A stretch of 63,286 bases of DNA from a bacterium. Its GTDB lineage: Bacteria; UBA9089; JASEGY01. Below the pieces are notes generated by a model. That model was not told the origin of the DNA. It did no database searches and saw only the letters and a program-made list of their open reading frames with translations. The DNA lies in contig JBFMHI010000001.1 of the NCBI GenBank assembly GCA_040753085.1, positions 1 through 63,286 of the forward strand. Direction: 5' to 3'. The position numbers and the translations under genes were made by a program. Below, in pieces: positions 61,527 through 63,286 of this stretch (positions are counted from its first letter, which is position 1; every line of letters starts with the position of its first letter).

Positions 61527-63286
61527 ATGAATAAACAAAAGGATCGGGTCAGGAGGAGACGAAAAAGGCCTTATTATTGGGCTAGTCTCCTCTTATTTTT
61601 TATCTTATTTGGGACGGGATCATTTCTCCTCCCAGATACCGTGGCGGCTCAACCGGATGTAACTATCATCTCCAAGACAGATGGCACGGCTACCGCCTCA
61701 CCAGGTGATACCCTAACCTACATCATTGCTTACGAAAACACAGGTGGACTCGTCGCTAATGTCTATTATGTCCGCCCTGATGGTAATAACACTAACTCCG
61801 GGACCGGCCCTTCAGCTTCCGAGGCCTGGCGAACCATAGATTATGCTGCCTCAACTATGGGGCCAGGTGATATAGTCTATGTTGCCCCGGGAACCTATAA
61901 TGAGCAGGTTACCATAGACAATAGCGGCACTTCGGGCAACCGTATCTACTATATCGCGGATACTAATAGCTCAAAGTTTTCTGATATCTCAGCCGGAGAT
62001 GTAATTGTTGATGCCCAGAATACCCGTAATTACTGTTTTTACATTTCCGGGAAAAATTATATTACGATAGATGGATTTATAGTGAGAAATGGGACGGGCG
62101 ACTGGAATTATGCCGATATCCATATTGAGAATTCAGATTATATCGGGGTTTATAATTGTACTGGTTTTGGGGGGACTAATAAGAGAATAGTAATAAAAGG
62201 AGATTCAGATAACTGTCTTATCTCTGATTGTGAAGTCGATGGAAATGGAAGTGGATATAGCGTGAGTGTAGAGGGTACCAGTAATGACTGTATCCTTAGA
62301 CGATGCAAGATTCACGATATCTCTGATGAAGGGATCACTATCTGGCATAGTTCAAATGGGACATATAATACCATCATTGAGAACTGTATTATTTACAATA
62401 ACAATGGAAACGGCGGGATTGAAATCGGTCCTAACTCTGATGGAACAATACTAAGAAACAATACCTTCATCAATAACAATCCCGGTGGCAACGGAAATCT
62501 GTATAATCGTGGTGATAACACCATTTGTTTTAACAATATCTTTGATAATGGTTCCGGTAATATAACTATAACTAATATAGGAAGTTTCACTGGCAGTAAT
62601 TACAACTGTATCCGAGGGACTACTTCTGGTTATACGTCGGGGACTAACGACCTGATTAATACCAACCCGGACCTTGATGCGACTTATCATCTTAATTCCA
62701 CTTCTCCCTGTAGAGATTCCGGTACGGCTACTTTTAGTGGCCAGAGCGCCCCTTCAAAGGATATAGATGTAGGTTCAAGACCATATAATAGTGGCTACGA
62801 TATAGGTGCAGATGAATATGGAGTCAGTGCCCTGGTTCCTTCCTCCCGGGCCGCCACTGGCGTGGTCATTAGCGATACTATTCCAACAAATACTACCTTT
62901 GTTTCAGCCAGTGATACAGGGACTGAATCCAGTGGCGTAGTTACCTGGAACATCGGCACCCTGGAACCAGACGGCCCCCATCAGGTGACTCTGACCGTAG
63001 TGGTCAATGACACCCTGCCCGCTGGGACAACCAGTATCGTCAACACCGCTACCATTACCGACGATGGCTCAGACTCGGATTCGACCAATAATTCCCGCAC
63101 CGATACAGACACCGTGGTGGCTCAACCGGATGTGACTATTACCTCTAAGACCGACGGCACAGCTACAGCCTCCCCGGGCGACACCCTGACCTACACCATC
63201 GCTTATCAGAACACCGGCCAGATCGGCGCCACCAGTGTGGTCGTCACCGACACCATCCCCACGAACACCACCTATGTCTCAAACAC
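61527..63286 (+). CDS. large secreted adhesin-like protein, 3'-partial: DUF11-type repeats with a parallel beta-helix domain nested in the first repeat
   Basis: GGAGGAGGA lies before the ATG at 61527. Hand translation is open to the window end, which is why it is absent from the ORF track. Signal-anchor YYWASLLLFFILFG. AQPDVTI.SKTDGTATASPGDTLTY..AY.NTG occurs at both ends. The central part has NxxIxNN / IxDCxV beta-helix-like rungs. Confidence 0.75.
   Translation, partial: MNKQKDRVRRRRKRPYYWASLLLFFILFGTGSFLLPDTVAAQPDVTIISKTDGTATASPGDTLTYIIAYENTGGLVANVYYVRPDGNNTNSGTGPSASEAWRTIDYAASTMGPGDIVYVAPGTYNEQVTIDNSGTSGNRIYYIADTNSSKFSDISAGDVIVDAQNTRNYCFYISGKNYITIDGFIVRNGTGDWNYADIHIENSDYIGVYNCTGFGGTNKRIVIKGDSDNCLISDCEVDGNGSGYSVSVEGTSNDCILRRCKIHDISDEGITIWHSSNGTYNTIIENCIIYNNNGNGGIEIGPNSDGTILRNNTFINNNPGGNGNLYNRGDNTICFNNIFDNGSGNITITNIGSFTGSNYNCIRGTTSGYTSGTNDLINTNPDLDATYHLNSTSPCRDSGTATFSGQSAPSKDIDVGSRPYNSGYDIGADEYGVSALVPSSRAATGVVISDTIPTNTTFVSASDTGTESSGVVTWNIGTLEPDGPHQVTLTVVVNDTLPAGTTSIVNTATITDDGSDSDSTNNSRTDTDTVVAQPDVTITSKTDGTATASPGDTLTYTIAYQNTGQIGATSVVVTDTIPTNTTYVSN

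Overview
This 63.3-kb window looks like chromosomal DNA from an uncultivated, flagellated, LPS-producing (diderm) bacterium. All calls come from reading the sequence and recognising motifs; no database search was run.

Housekeeping genes:
- rtcA, a NupC-family transporter, ilvE-like, dxs, pncA, leuS, a pycB/oadA-like carboxyltransferase, bioD, hisC, pheA.
- The hpf-ptsN-hprK-rapZ block.
- lpxC/fabZ fusion, lpxA, a Gfo/Idh/MocA gene, then pyrR, carA and a second EIIA-Ntr-like gene.

Accessory content:
- Three tandem giant flagellin paralogues (about 650-740 aa), each with three internal IN-motif-like repeats and a long structured leader.
- Four nucleotidyltransferase/HEPN loci: one MntA/HepT pair, one split pair, one fusion, and one with a truncated HEPN.
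- A PIN/UPF0175 pair.
- Several secreted or lipoprotein adhesin-like proteins.

The most striking property is the load of selfish repeats:
1. A MITE superfamily with GTAAC-type termini and 8-bp target-site duplications. I verified seven insertion events. One splits a AAA ATPase gene, and one has its empty site elsewhere in the window.
2. A 24-nt palindromic element with no stop codon in any of the six frames. It sits in-frame inside LeuRS, an Omp85-fusion protein and a spermidine-synthase-like membrane protein, which resembles Rickettsia RPEs.
3. CTCGATG-type, AATCCGAAAT-type and GTGGAC 9-mer arrays. These create phantom ORFs, C-terminal tails and a roughly 650-nt in-frame expansion in a four-helix-bundle gene.

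Also present:
- A degenerate, ORF-less group II intron remnant with a clear domain V.
- An orphan intrinsic terminator closing a GGA-rich region upstream of the first flagellin.
- SD-mimic hairpins in the flagellin leaders.
- An unannotated LysW-like zinc-ribbon gene.
- A 3'-open adhesin ORF that is missing from the ORF track.
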